A stretch of DNA of 59,186 nucleotides from Aplysia californica (Eukaryota), in the NCBI RefSeq assembly GCF_000002075.1, contig NW_004797702.1:560468-619653 (forward strand). The letters run 5' to 3'. The notes beneath the pieces were generated by a model, which worked only from the letters and a program-made list of their open reading frames with translations, was not told the origin of the DNA and made no database searches. Below are positions 35,552-48,129 of this stretch, one piece after another. Every line of letters starts with the position of its first letter. Within the stretch, counting starts at the first letter, position 1. Made by a program: the position numbers and the translations under genes.

Positions 35552-37941
35552 ACAGTAAAACTGCCTGAATTAAGAAACTTTAGAGTCAATTGAATATTTT
35601 CTGCTCTTTCCCATGTCAATTACATAAACATTTTATGAATTTGAAAGCGGCATAGAAAATGTGAAGGTCTTATTGCATGTGTAGCGTGTAAAATTTTAGC
35701 AACATAAGCCTCAAGACATAAACAATCATTTTACTTACGAACAATCGTTTTACTGACATAAAGGTAAAATTGCTTAGAGAAACTCAGAAGTGAGATGAAA
35801 AAGTATCACAACTGTAAAACCAAAATAAAGGAAACAGTTAAATGGATTCTGAGAAGTTGCATCCTAAACGAGTCATGTACTACTAAAGGGGAAATATGAC
35901 AGGGATTTTCAAATCACACATTAAAGAAAACAAAATGGCCATGCAATGCGAACATAAATGAATAAGGAATAAAGGAAAGTTATTTTCACAACAACTAGAC
36001 AGTAAACTTTTGAAAAAATGACACACTTTGAGGTTAGTGTGAAGCATTTTAGACTGAGCTGAAAAACAGATTTTACCACAGATCTTGAAATAGAAAATAA
36101 AAAAGAACCATATTCACCAACAGAAACAATACAAGATAAAAACATAATAGCGAACAGAGGCCAAGTTCTTAAGTTTGTTAGTGATAGCAGGACAACAGAA
36201 TACAGGTTCATTCTCTAAATTTTTAGCCGCCAACTCAACAAATAATACAAACTAAGTACCATATTGACAAAAATAATATCAATGCAACACTGACAACGTG
36301 CCCTCAATATTCACCCTTAATCAAGAATGCCTGTCCACTGCCATTTTAGTTTTACAGGCAGTGTAGATTATTGTCTTTGTAAACCATTCCCAAATAAAAA
36401 CTTCTACCATTTTGCAAATTGTCAGCCACTCATGTCACTTATTCCATTATTACAAAGAGTAGCAAGCAAAATGGCCATCTGAAACAATCAAATTTTCAAG
36501 ATTTTTGTTGATTTGTAAACGAGGAGTAAAAGTTTATTGTATTCTGAAACTCTCCAAAGCAACAGTGTTTTAAAGATCTTTCCTTTCATTTCCTTCAGTA
36601 CTTCACATTCCTTGGACTATGATGCCCTGTACGCAAAATCCTCACAAGACCACAAGACTTTTTTTTATAGGCTGATTGCTAAATTCCACCAAAATAAATA
36701 GGACTGCTGTGGACAATATTCTTGAAGGCACATGCACAGGCAACAAATCTTTAAAACAAGATGGTCTTAATGTCAATTTCTTTACTCTTACTGGAGACTT
36801 ATATTTCTTTCTCTCTGCATAGTAATATCAATTTTGCAGTGTCAGACGGGAAAAATAGCGTTGATTGGATTCATGTTTTTGCATTCTTTTTAAAAACAAT
36901 CACAACTCCACTTAAGTATCAAGACAATCGCCAGGAAATGGCAAATGAAAATCAATATCAAAGACACATTGAGAAGGACAAACCGAGAGAGCACTGACCT
37001 CATATCAAAATGTGGACAAATATTTTTACAATAAGGCCTACATTTTTTATGCCAGTGGTCGCTTTGGTGCATTAAGATACAACCCTGGGAAACGGGGGAT
37101 GATTTTATCTCGTTCTCTGAACGCTTCTTTCACGCCCAGTGTTCAGTCAAGGGACCAAGCACCTAACATTCGATATGCCCTACTTAGTAGGTAATACGGC
37201 ATTAACTTTTGTCAAAACGAACTCGAGAGAGGACATAGTCCTTCATGCAGTGACTGTCACAATTCCAAATAATCAAAAACATTGATTAAAATTATGCTCA
37301 ATGAGCAACATCAGTAAAGATGTGCTCCAAACAGGATGAAACTTGTATCAACAAAACTTTCACAGTTGACAGAACATGTGTATCACAATTTATATCTCAA
37401 CAAAAAAGGGATTTAAAATGTCTGGGAAATAAACGGGAGGGACATGTTCCATTTATCAGTTACACACAGAGTTTATGTAGCATACAATTACAATGTTCCC
37501 TTGTAAAGATCACTTTATCATCATTATAAAATACCCTCAAGATGATCCACATGTCCACCCTGCAGGTAAAATATTTTTCTTCACCCTGCCAACAAACTTC
37601 AGAGGAATGAAAATATTTCCACTCACTTCATCCCTTGAACATGATGCATCAAAAGAACAAAATATATCAACAATCAGTCAAAATTCGATTCGGGCCACTA
37701 GAAATGGAACTGTAAAATTGCTCTAAATTTCCATTGTTGTTCTGCATGTTATGCAAAAATAGCATTTTCAGGAGGGGTAGAATCTATTATAAAAAGAATA
37801 GGGGGGTGAGGATTGGGGAGGAGGGTCGAATTCAGACCCCACCCACAATTTAGCTATTGAATTGAGGCCATTATACAGCTTCATTCTTAGCAGACAAAAA
37901 CCTCATTATGATCGACCTGAGAAGCACAGGAGAATGTGCCT

Positions 37942-38119
37942 CTATGAAACAAAAGATGTAGGAAGACGCTCCTTATACATGAAGGCAAGACTCTGAGCCG
38001 CCAGGAGGAGAGACTGTCGCCTGGAGACGCCGGACAAAACCATTTGCCAGTCTGCATGGCCGATGTGAGGTTGAGCTTCCTCAATAACTTCTCCGATTGT
38101 CACTGCTAGACCAGCCCAC
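37942..38119 (-). CDS. PRRC1: PRRC1 last coding exon
   Basis: WAGLAVTIGEV...MYKERLPTSFVS-TAG. Confidence 0.92.
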
Positions 38120-41100
38120 CTGAGATTTGAAAGGAAATGCAGACTCTTGAGTAAATTTGACATCACACTTGTGTCTGAAGACACATTCTGTATTCAGCAG
38201 CGCCTCGGTTCTATGTTCACATCTTTCAAACTCAATTGCTCTTAACAACAGATTCCCTGTATACATGATGAACTTTAATTAAGGTTCGTTGGATCTAGAT
38301 TTTATGTGATCTACATTCAGCATTCAATAGGTCTGGAATTTTAGATTCTACTTATCTACACTAATGCTATGAGGCTAAGACAAACTAGATTGAAATTACA
38401 GAGACACAGAGTTGCAACCTACTAGCCTCCTGAGTTCAGAGGGGAGGGATATTTGGTTATGTGAGCTAGAGTAGCCCAAATAAGGGCTGTGCCTATTTGG
38501 GCTACTTAAAACCTAAATGAGGTCACTCTTAATGAAATACTGTGGGGGAAAAAAGTAGCCTACCAATTGATCATCTACTTTGTAAAGGAGAGTATTAAAA
38601 AAATTAAGGAACAAGAACCACAGAAACAGCTTTCAAGAACATTCACCATCCTGTACCTACAAATGTAAACGTTACCTGCCAACAGAGCACAATAATGTTA
38701 CTTACTTCAAAGGGTAGTCTGAGGGTGTCTTGTCCTGAGCCTTCAACACATACTCAGCTGGGATGAGAGTAGGCTGGGAGAATGTCTGGAGCTCTATGCC
38801 ATGAGAAGGATCTTTCAGTACAAGACAGCTCATCTCAAACCACCTGTCAACCCAACAAAAGCAACCATGAGGCGTTATGGTCGTTTAAATTTTAAATTCT
38901 GTGACAGAAGAAGGACAAAAGCATATCCAATATATCCCATCTTCTGCCATATCGCAGAATTCAGCAACATGAGGCAATACAATTTTCGGGAAACCTTGAG
39001 TACAAATTATTAAGAAAAGATCACCCTTATACTATTTGCCCACATATTCAGTTCTCTCTTGTTACCACTTGTACTATAAATATAGCACATTATAACTCTC
39101 TAATGTTCAAAGACACAAAAAGAAGAAATTGGTCGCTTTGAAGCACAAGGGGGCTATCCCGAAAAATGCTGTTTAGAGAAAATCGGAGGTAAAGTTTTAG
39201 CCCCTTGTTCAGTTTCTTTAAAAGCCCAGGAGAGTTTTCCCTATAACCAAACAAATATCCACACCAATGAAACCAATGCCCACTTTTAGTGCAGGTCAAG
39301 ATTTCTGGAAACTCCCGAAATCTGGGTTAGCCCGCTTGTCCTTAATAGTGACCAATTAAACCTGATCAATGCTCGAGGGAAGTAGATAGAAATATTGGCC
39401 CAACTTTGGGTAGAGAAAACCAAAACTCTATGGGGAAGCCTGAAGGACCTGCAGCGAACAGCAATCTTCGCACTAGAGACCGAGACGTCCATTTAACAAA
39501 TTACACCCTAACTTGCCTGCGATCATCCGGGAATTCCTTTACGTGCTCCACCCTAACTCGCCCGGAACCATCCGCGCCGACCTAGCGTCTTTAGAAACAG
39601 AGTCTCGCAGACTCTGGGGCCGAGATTTTGATTTGCATAGTTATTGCAAAAAGTTTTTTCTTTCGTTTAATACCGAAATGAAATTTTTCGGGCCAGTAGT
39701 TTTAGTATTAGAGCGGATCGAAGTGCGATCGCGTTATCGACACTTCGAAGGTGTCTCGACTTGTTGAAAGGCGACACAATTGAGTTTGAAAACAGAAATA
39801 ACGATGGATTTGAGCAAAACCAAGCATATGATAAATCAGACGACTCAGATTTTGAAGAAAACGCTGTAGCAAGAGTTTGGGGCAATTGAGATTGATCAGA
39901 CGTAGAAAATCTAGAATTTAGAACTAGGGCCTGACCGCCAGGCCGAGAGTGAGAGTGACGGGTCGGACACCCTGACTGAACTAAAGTTAGAACATTTCCA
40001 ACAGTTTGCGCATACATCAAGTTATATTTTTCTGAAACTACATTCAGTTTGCTTTTTAACTTTCATTTTTTCAGGATTTTTGGAATTTGTGTAGTATATT
40101 TTAAATGTGATTTTTTAGACGCTCGTATTCTCGGGAGGTGGGTTCCTTCCCCTTGCTTAGGATCTAACAATGGACTTCCCGTCCAGGCCCTTAGGGTGTA
40201 ATGTGTCAAAGATGAATGAGAAGAAGAAGAAAGATTTTGGTCTGTTAACTCTTTTCCTACCAGACCAAAATTCACCACTTTTCCCTGACCTTACATTTAC
40301 CACTTTTCCCTGACCTTACATTTACCACTTTTCCCTGACCTTACATTTACCACTTTTCCCTGACCTTACATTTACTACTTTTCCCTGACCTTACATTTAC
40401 TACTTTTCCCTGACCTTACATTTACTACTTTTCCCTGACCTTACATTTACTACTTTTCCCTGACCTTACATTTACTACTTTTCCCTGACCTTACATTTAC
40501 TACTTTTCCCTGACCTTACATTTACTACTTTTCCCTGACCTTACATTTACTGTATTAGAAACCCACTGTACATGATAAAGAGTAGAAAACACAAACCTGT
40601 CTGGCAAAATCTCAACGATGAAACCCTCCACAGACACCACAGTTTGACCATCAGGAACACTCCCACTTTTTCTGAGATTCGAAATCCTCTCCTCAGCCCC
40701 TTTCAGTCCCGCTGTGAAACCGACTGGCTGGGCCGCTGTGGTAGCCTGGCTGGCCTGAAATACAAAAATCATTGCATGTGAAAAGATTCCATACCTTTCT
40801 GTTTAAAAATTGGTTGAAGTCTGATGCCAAACTTGACCTAGTAAGTCATTATAACTTGAGTAAGTCATTATAACTTAAGAGATTGTGACCTTTTATAAGG
40901 GCACCAGTTGGAAAGAACAATCAGGAAAGAAAGAGCAAACAGAAACAGGTAGCCGTCTCAGATTTGAACTTCATCTTTTCACATCACAGCAACGAGCAAA
41001 TGAAATAATAAATTATCAACAAAAAGGTTGTTGAGTTTTTTAGACATTTCAAACGCCAATGAAAAACATGTATAGTATTTTCCAAAACACAAAGAATGGA

Positions 41101-44100
41101 AACACTATTCTAGGAAAATGTTTAAATATACATGTGCACATTACTTTTACAGAAAGCAAAACAATACAGCTCCCCCTCCATGCAAGTTTCAATCTACTTT
41201 AACTACTTACTTTTCCAGTAACAGTTGCCTTCCCAAACACAGACTGAAAAGCTTCTCTCACAGGCACGACTTTGTTGTCTTTTGTTGATGTTACAGCAAC
41301 TTCAACATCACCACCTGAGTCTGTGAAAAGATAAAATAGAATGGAGGAAAACTTGTTTTACTACCAACACAAAATTTTTTTACTTCTTATTATACTGGGT
41401 GATTCCAAACGAATGAACCGATTTTTATAGCACATATCAGTTCTCATGCTAATCACCTGGCTCTTCTAATTCTTCTGTACAGACTTCTTGCCACAAACAC
41501 TGCTTGCATTCCTATTTGAAAGTAAAAATGGCGCACATCGGTACCAAATTTGCTAGAATTACTTTACTACTCGGCTTGCAAGTGATCAATAAATGCAGAT
41601 CTAGTCTTGCGGATGGCTAAATGCTCTTGCAAAACGTAAACACAAAAATGACTCAAGAAAGGCAGAAAATTTTGACTTAGATTTGTAGGTTATTCGAAAT
41701 TGTGAACAAGATGAGGGACAGAGGGAATAAGAGAAATGAGAAGAGTGACACGATCGAAGACCTGGGGTTTAAAGAATGTCACGAGGGGGCTAGATCTAGA
41801 AAGTGAGTCCATTAACACTGAGACACAAGACTGCTGTCCTGGGTAACGAGCTTAGCTGAAAATCAATTCTGACAGTAGGACCTTGATGTACTTACTTGTC
41901 TGTTTAGTAAGAGTTTTACGACGTCCGCAACTTCATAAGGTCAAATGAACACGCAAAACACAAGTTGGTAGCATTCACAACAGTTCACTGCATGGCTTAG
42001 CTCAAACCAGATTTCAAATGTTAAAAACTTGAGGTAAATAACAATTTAAAATGATAACTTGCTTAAAATCAAAATAACTGTTTTTATAATTTTACGAGAA
42101 GTCAAATGGCCTTTATAAAATCGAGTATTTTGTTGGGACCAGTGACGGAGAACAGATATTGCAATTTTTTGCATTTAAAATGATTCCTTCGGTCTCTCCA
42201 AAGTCCTGACATTCTCTTAAAATGTGCCTAATGGTAAAATCTGTGTCGCATCCAACACAAAACGGTTTTTCATCTCCATGTAGGAGGTACTTATGTGTTA
42301 AGAAGGTGTGTCTGACACGTAATCGAGTAAAAATGACTTCATCTCTTCTGGGGAGGCCCGAAGGTTTTTGTAGACCCAGTTTGGGCTTGATGTTGTGTAG
42401 TTTATTGTTGGTTTGTTTATTCCAATGTGTCTCCCACAGGCTGGTGATGTACGGTACTTACTAATTACTTGTTTCATGCCAGGATCCAATGTAGTTATGA
42501 CAGATTCCATTGAACTCTGAAACACACAAAAGAATAATATATCAACCCTTTAAAAAATCATTTAAAATTGAATAACGCAGTGAGAAATTTTAAAACAATA
42601 AATGCAACTTAAGTTGTGAATACAAAAACAGAAGTCAAAGAAGCAGAGATGACAAATGTAATATCAGTTTGGTTTCAAATTTGGCTGACTTGATCTTGCC
42701 TTTTGCAGCCATGAGTCCATATATAAAACATGCCATGACCTGGTAATAAGGCAGCGAAAAGTTGAGAAAAAAGCAAGCACTAACAGCAGTCATGGGATCA
42801 TAAAGAGTTAGTCCCCCCCCCCCCCCCCTATTTGAGGTAGACTCTACCAGTTTAAACTGTTAGCTTACATAATCAGTGCTTGAGACTGCTTATGAGAGTG
42901 GCCCAAAAGGGGTATTTATGTGAAAATACAACAATTTCAAGCATTGTGCAAATTGCTCATTGGTGATTTCTTGATTAACTATTTAAATTTACAAGGCTAT
43001 TTTTTAATCCTGGTCTATGGGTTATTTGTCAGCGATGATGTTCCCAAATTGTTGAAACAAGATATCTTAAAAATATTCTGTAGTTGTATAACACTGGTTT
43101 GCAGGAATCTAAAGAAAAGTTGAACTACAAACAGCTCATCAATATCCCCAGGATGCAAAGAAGAAAAAAGAAATCTAAAGAAAACACAGGCTACTTTGAC
43201 TAAATATCACATATGTCTAAGTAGCGTAAACACGGCCTCGTGGGCACTCGCTGCCTTCCGAGCGTAGGGTATCAGTAAAATCGGGGTCATTCAGATCGCT
43301 GTTTCTTTGCTCTTTCGCTATAAAAAAACCCAAATACTGTACACCTTGTAAAAGTTCAGCTTTTCCTCGTTTCAATGGTGTAAGTTGTTCACATGTCTGA
43401 TAATTTGGAGCTGGAGAATCAGCGTGGAAAGCAGAGCCCCTCGCGGTCGGAATGCATGGTCGGCAGGTTCAAAAATTGACATATGTGCATTCAAATGCTT
43501 AGCGGAAAGATTGATGATTAAATACCGTCTTTTCATTGGCATAGAACTGAACAGCTTTGTACGTGCTTTCCCCTGTTATATTTTGGCCTTTGGCTTTTAA
43601 ATAGAAAGCTTTTAAAAATACCGCCAAAGTTTTCAAAGATCATTTTTTACCTAAATATGTAAAATGCCGGCTAAAAAAAGGTACCAATAGAAAGATCAGT
43701 TAATTTTCTAATAGATTAATGTAATCGGCTTGGAATTAGTTTGCATCAATCCTTACCCGAAACTCAGAAAGCATGTGACCTCCCTCGCGGGGAGCACTCG
43801 GTACACTACAGTATAGAGACGATGTCCCAACCGGGTCAGTGCACGGCATTTTTGTCGAAATAAAGACAGATCATTGTGTTTGAGAATTTGTAATGATCTT
43901 ACTGTCTTGAAAAAAATTAGGCTCCATATCTATGTTATAGTGACTGTACTCTATTAATGTGGAGATGTTTGGTGCACTTGGTACTCTTTTATTATCTGTC
44001 AAACATGGAGTTGCAGCCAGTTAGCAACTTTAGCAAATTTGATCAAATTTTTAACAGCTACCTTTTTTTAAAACATTGACTGAAAAGTTAAAGAATGGTA

Positions 44101-47100
44101 CCAAAAAATCTTAGGAGACATAGGCCTTTCATATGGAACAGATAAAATTAGCATACAGCTACTTGAAAATTTAGTTTTTGGTACCTTTGTTTTCTCCACC
44201 ATTTTGTTGACTAGACTGTTGCCCGAGATCCACCCAAAGAGACCCTGACCACCACCCTGAGGCTTGACAATTTCTTGCTCTGGGGCAGGCTGGGGTGGAG
44301 GCACTTCACTCTTTCCCTCATGGGGAATCTGTGGAGATTCTGGGAGGGTTGGGGACAGGAGTAATAGCCAATCAATACTTGGGCACACAAGGAATGATTT
44401 CCAGAGTCAGATTTCAACATTTCACACTGGGAGCATGCTCTCTTTTACCCGTTGATACGATAAGCCATCATCACGACAATATGGCATTCTGTTCTGCACA
44501 CACACACAAAAAAAAGATGTCAATCTAAAATACAGTCAAACTTGTCCAAGACAGCCACCCATTTTCGAGGAGAAAAGTGGAAATTCTTACAAGGCTAGAA
44601 CGGTCATGCCTTTGACCTCGAAGAATACTACAAGGGAGCAGTTTACGACACCGTGATGAGGCTGCTGTCTCCCTACCTGGGGTGTGGACATCGACTATAC
44701 ATCGACAATTTCTACACTGCCCCAGTCCTCCTGATAGACCTACTTACCAACAAGACAACAGCATGCGGCACTGTCAGACTCAACAGGAAGGGACTGTCGA
44801 AGGAGATGGCGGGGAAAAAGGTGTTGAACAAGAAGGGAGAAGTAAAGCTCATGACAACGGGAACGATGAATCATATCAAGTTCATGGATCGACGCGAAGT
44901 CAACATCTTGACATCCATCCACTCTGGCGGTATGAGCGACACGGGACGGGCAGACAGAGCCACCAGGGAGCAGAGAGCTGTCGACAGGTCGGATCAGATG
45001 GTCCAGTACAACTCATTTAAGCGGAAGACACTGAAGTGGTGGAAGAAAGTTTTTTTCCACTTCTTTATGTTAGCAGAGCTCAACGCCTACCTGCTGTACA
45101 AAGAGTCGACTGCACAGCCCATCAGTCACCGTATGTTCAAGCGAGAGCTGGCCAAGGAGATGGCGAGACAGATTACCCCTCAAAAGCCTTCAAGACGCAC
45201 CAGCCTCCAGCCTGGAGATTCTTCAATACATCGTCTTACAGCCAGGCACTTCCCCAGCAGAGTCCCTCGTCGTGCTGGCACCGTAGAGCAACCAGGGAAA
45301 AAGGTCAGACCTGCCACTCGACTCTGCATTGTTTGCACCACCAGCACAGGAAAGAGGAAAGCCGCGGGTGATGGTCGGAAGAGGAAGGAAGCGATAGCTG
45401 AGTGCGTCCACTGCAATGTAGGCCTCTGCCTCATGCCATGCTTCGAGCTGTACCACTCAAAGAAGGACTACAAGAGGGCCTACCGCAGACTCCAAGGCAC
45501 TGACGACTCAACTGAAGCCTCTCCCTCTGACGACTCAACTGAAGCCTCCCCCTCTGACGACTCAACTGAAGCCTCCCCCTCTGACGACTCAACTGAAGCC
45601 TCTCCCTCTGACGACTCAACTGAAGCCTCTCCCTCTGACGACTCAACTGAAGTCTCTCCCTCTGACGACTCAACTGAAGCCTCTCCCTCTGACAACTCAG
45701 CTGAATCCTCCCCACGCAGTTCCTCTTCAGACTAGGCCAACTGTCCCTTTCAGGACAACGAACTGTCCTTTTTAGGACAACCCCCCCCCTAACGAAATCG
45801 GAAGTACCGGGCCTCATCGTGGCTTAGAGGTGAACATTCATGCCTGAACTGCATGGATGGCCAACTGCAGTACTACGTAAAAAAAAAAAAGAAAGGGAAA
45901 GCTCTCAAAGTTCTCACCTCTTTTTTCTGTTTAAAAACCCCCCCCACTAAATTACAGAACTAACAACAAAATCCACCTTTTTTTTCTTCCTTTCTCCTTT
46001 TTAAAATCTTTTAACTGCAGTAAATAATTACCAAAGCTTAACTTCCACCCAAAGAATCTGAAATAACATTCTTCATTCATTTCAGTTCCAAAAAAGTACA
46101 ACTTCTATGTTCTTCCAGAGTACAAACTGCTTGTATTTCATTCCAATTAGACACACCCCCTTCAATAATTTCAGCGAAACTAGGTGTTTCCCTGACCTGC
46201 CGCGGCACGCTTGCTTGACCGGTGTCTGACCCTGGCGCCCCGCGGCACAAGCTCGCGGGCGACGCAAGTGGGTCATCGATCCATAAGAGCCCTCTTCCGG
46301 TTAACCCCGCAGGACTAGAGTTAAGGGTTAAACACCCTTGAAACGTCAACAGCCAGGATTACATCATAAATTCAACCCCTGGCAGTCAGTGAGTACAAAA
46401 AGACTTAAAAAGAATGAAAACTAGACATTTCCTTCAAACACTAACTTACCTGGGGCAGCTGATGACACTGGGGACCTGACAGGTTGGCTTGGAGTTGAAG
46501 ATTTTGTAACTGGTGTCTGTGGTGTCTATGACGCATGAGAAAAGAATTCAATGAAACCAATCTAATTGCTGACTGAGCACCTAAAATTTCAAACAACGAC
46601 AAACCCCAGGATTTCTATTATGTAGAAACGAATACCTAAATTATTTTAAAGAGTGTGTAACAACCCCCCCACACACACACACACACCAATTTTGTAAAAA
46701 TATTGAATACAAAATGACATATATTGAAAAAACATAATATAAATAAATCCTTCTACACATATAAGCAGTCATCAGGACTGTCGGTAATTTTTAGCATGGG
46801 GACTGCTTGCTTATGATATTCTATATCCATGTGGCAACACATATATGCTTTAACACTCTATGATGTAGAACAATACATACGTTGCTGGCATAGCAGACCA
46901 AATGAGTCACATAAAGACTAGCTTACTATATTATAGCTTGAACAGGATAGTGTTTTCTATATACGAAAACTTATTGTTGTTGGATTGATAATAACAACAA
47001 CAAATAATTTATTTGTAAGTTCAGGGACATTGTCTGTAAATTAAGTGAACACGGGTATCAAATACAAGTTCCTTTTCCTTAAAATTCATGTTGCATTGCA

Positions 47101-47938
47101 GCATTCAGGAACTTGAGTTTTCAAAAGAAATATTCAAAGTATATAAATACACAATTTATGCAAAAAGAAATCTGTTTAACCTTTGTTGCCATATGGTCCT
47201 CAGATAACAGATTAAGCATGTAAATTACAGGAATATGCCCCCCCCCAATACTGCACAAATATCACAATATCTTCATAATTATCAGAAGGAAAAGTCATTA
47301 TAATACAAATAGAAGAATACAAAAGTCTAAGAGACAACATTAATTAGGATCATCATGGCTTATGCCATGGTTTCACAATTTTACTTTCTTATCCATTAAC
47401 ATCACATAACATTCTACACAAACACCGTCTTTCTTACCCCTGGAGATGAGGAGGTTGTTTTCGTCAAAAATGCTGGTAGAGGAGATGGAGCTTCTAATGT
47501 AGGTGGAACTTGAACTTTGGGAGGTGTGGCTTAGAAAATAAAATGTTGAAATGCAAAATGAATGATGAAGTGTTTAGCATCAATTATATGATCTCTTGCT
47601 ATAATACTACCAGTATCAACTTTCTGAGGACAAGGGGGAGTGGGGGAGAAATCATGTACAAACTTTGGGCACAGAACTTTCTAATAAGTTAACATTTCAG
47701 TGAACTAAAAAATAATTCTTGATCACTATGAGATTTATAGACAAATTAATTTCACAATTTAAAAGTGTACAATTACAGATCCAACATGTTTGTAAAATGT
47801 TAATGAAGACTAAAGCAAAATAATACACCTACTGCCAACAGATGGGGGTAAGCTTGCAGTAGCTTCTTTCTCTGCCTGTACGGCTTCTTCATGAGACACC
47901 ATTTCTGGCTGCTCTTCACACGCCTCTTCCATCATCAT
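37942..47938 (-). CDS. PRRC1: PRRC1 (proline-rich coiled-coil 1)-like, 9 coding exons, ~355 aa
   Basis: Starts MMMEE with in-frame stops upstream; Pro/Ser-rich N-half; C-half matches recalled PRRC1 motifs: ESVITTLDPGM, SGGDVEVAVTS, AQPVGFTAGLKGAEERI, VEILPDRWF, DWQMVLSGVSRRQ, MYKERLP. Exon phases are consistent (1068 nt). Confidence 0.92.
38706..38843 (-). CDS. PRRC1: PRRC1 exon 8
   Basis: WFEMSCLVLKDPSHGIELQTFSQ...TPSDYPL. Confidence 0.92.
39497..40205. mobile_element. piggyBac-like non-autonomous element
   Basis: ttaa|caaattacaccctaa ... ttagggtgtaatgtg|tcaa; internal acidic peptide remnant (DKSDDSDFEE). Confidence 0.6.
40275..40549. repeat. 25-bp minisatellite x11
   Basis: unit c(c/t)acttttccctgaccttacattta; 4 copies ccac then 7 copies ctac. 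Confidence 0.97.
40597..40754 (-). CDS. PRRC1: PRRC1 exon 7
   Basis: AAQPVGFTAGLKGAEERISNLR...VEILPD. Confidence 0.93.
41211..41320 (-). CDS. PRRC1: PRRC1 exon 6
   Basis: SGGDVEVAVTSTKDNKVVPVREAFQSVFG. Confidence 0.92.
42462..42516 (-). CDS. PRRC1: PRRC1 exon 5
   Basis: SSMESVITTLDPGMKQVI. Confidence 0.92.
43219..44186 (+). mobile_element. family G copy whose end overlaps the PRRC1 exon 4 donor
   Basis: colinear with 21213-22208; terminal GGTACCT at 44180-44186. Confidence 0.85.
44185..44339 (-). CDS. PRRC1: PRRC1 exon 4
   Basis: ...GLFGWISGNSLVNKMVEKTK|gtacca. Confidence 0.87.
44653..45735 (+). pseudogene. piggyBac transposase C-terminal half with acidic repeat tail
   Basis: Lacks the N-terminal half, and the KP..YN..MGG segment before VDRSDQ appears deleted in frame. 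Confidence 0.75.
45500..45713 (+). repeat. 27-bp coding minisatellite, 7 full + 1 degenerate copies (DDSTEASPS)
   Basis: unit ctgacgactcaactgaagcctctccct. Confidence 0.95.
46450..46525 (-). CDS. PRRC1: PRRC1 exon 3
   Basis: TPQTPVTKSSTPSQPVRSPVSSAAP|gtaagt. Confidence 0.78.
47438..47529 (-). CDS. PRRC1: PRRC1 exon 2
   Basis: TPPKVQVPPTLEAPSPLPAF...|gtaaga. Confidence 0.78.
47833..47938 (-). CDS. PRRC1: PRRC1 coding exon 1
   Basis: acceptor ttccag precedes 47972; ATG ATG ATG GAA GAG...GGC A|gtaggt. Confidence 0.8.
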
Positions 47939-48129
47939 GGAATCCTTTCAGTAAAGTAGTCAGGCTCTGACTCTGGAAATACAGAAAAGTACCAACAAGG
48001 CTATGAAAATTTAGTACAAAACAAAAAGTCAATATATATACATATATTATATATATGTGCCTTCTGGATAAACTTGATTGCACAGCTTCACCCATATCTC
48101 CACATCGCTGTCCTAGTATTAGATGATTA

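Larger units (their letters stand above)
44596..46327 (+). mobile_element. 5'-truncated piggyBac (PGBD4-like) transposon, antisense in PRRC1 intron 3
   Basis: ORF 44653-45735 with YIDNFYT, ACGTVRLNR, VDRSDQ, KWWKKVFF and a C-terminal Cys-rich domain; right end ...AAGGG|TTAA at 46327/46328. Confidence 0.9.

Noticed and set aside
40275-40549. CRISPR-like array
   Set aside because: Head-to-tail repeats with no spacers, in a eukaryotic intron, with no cas genes
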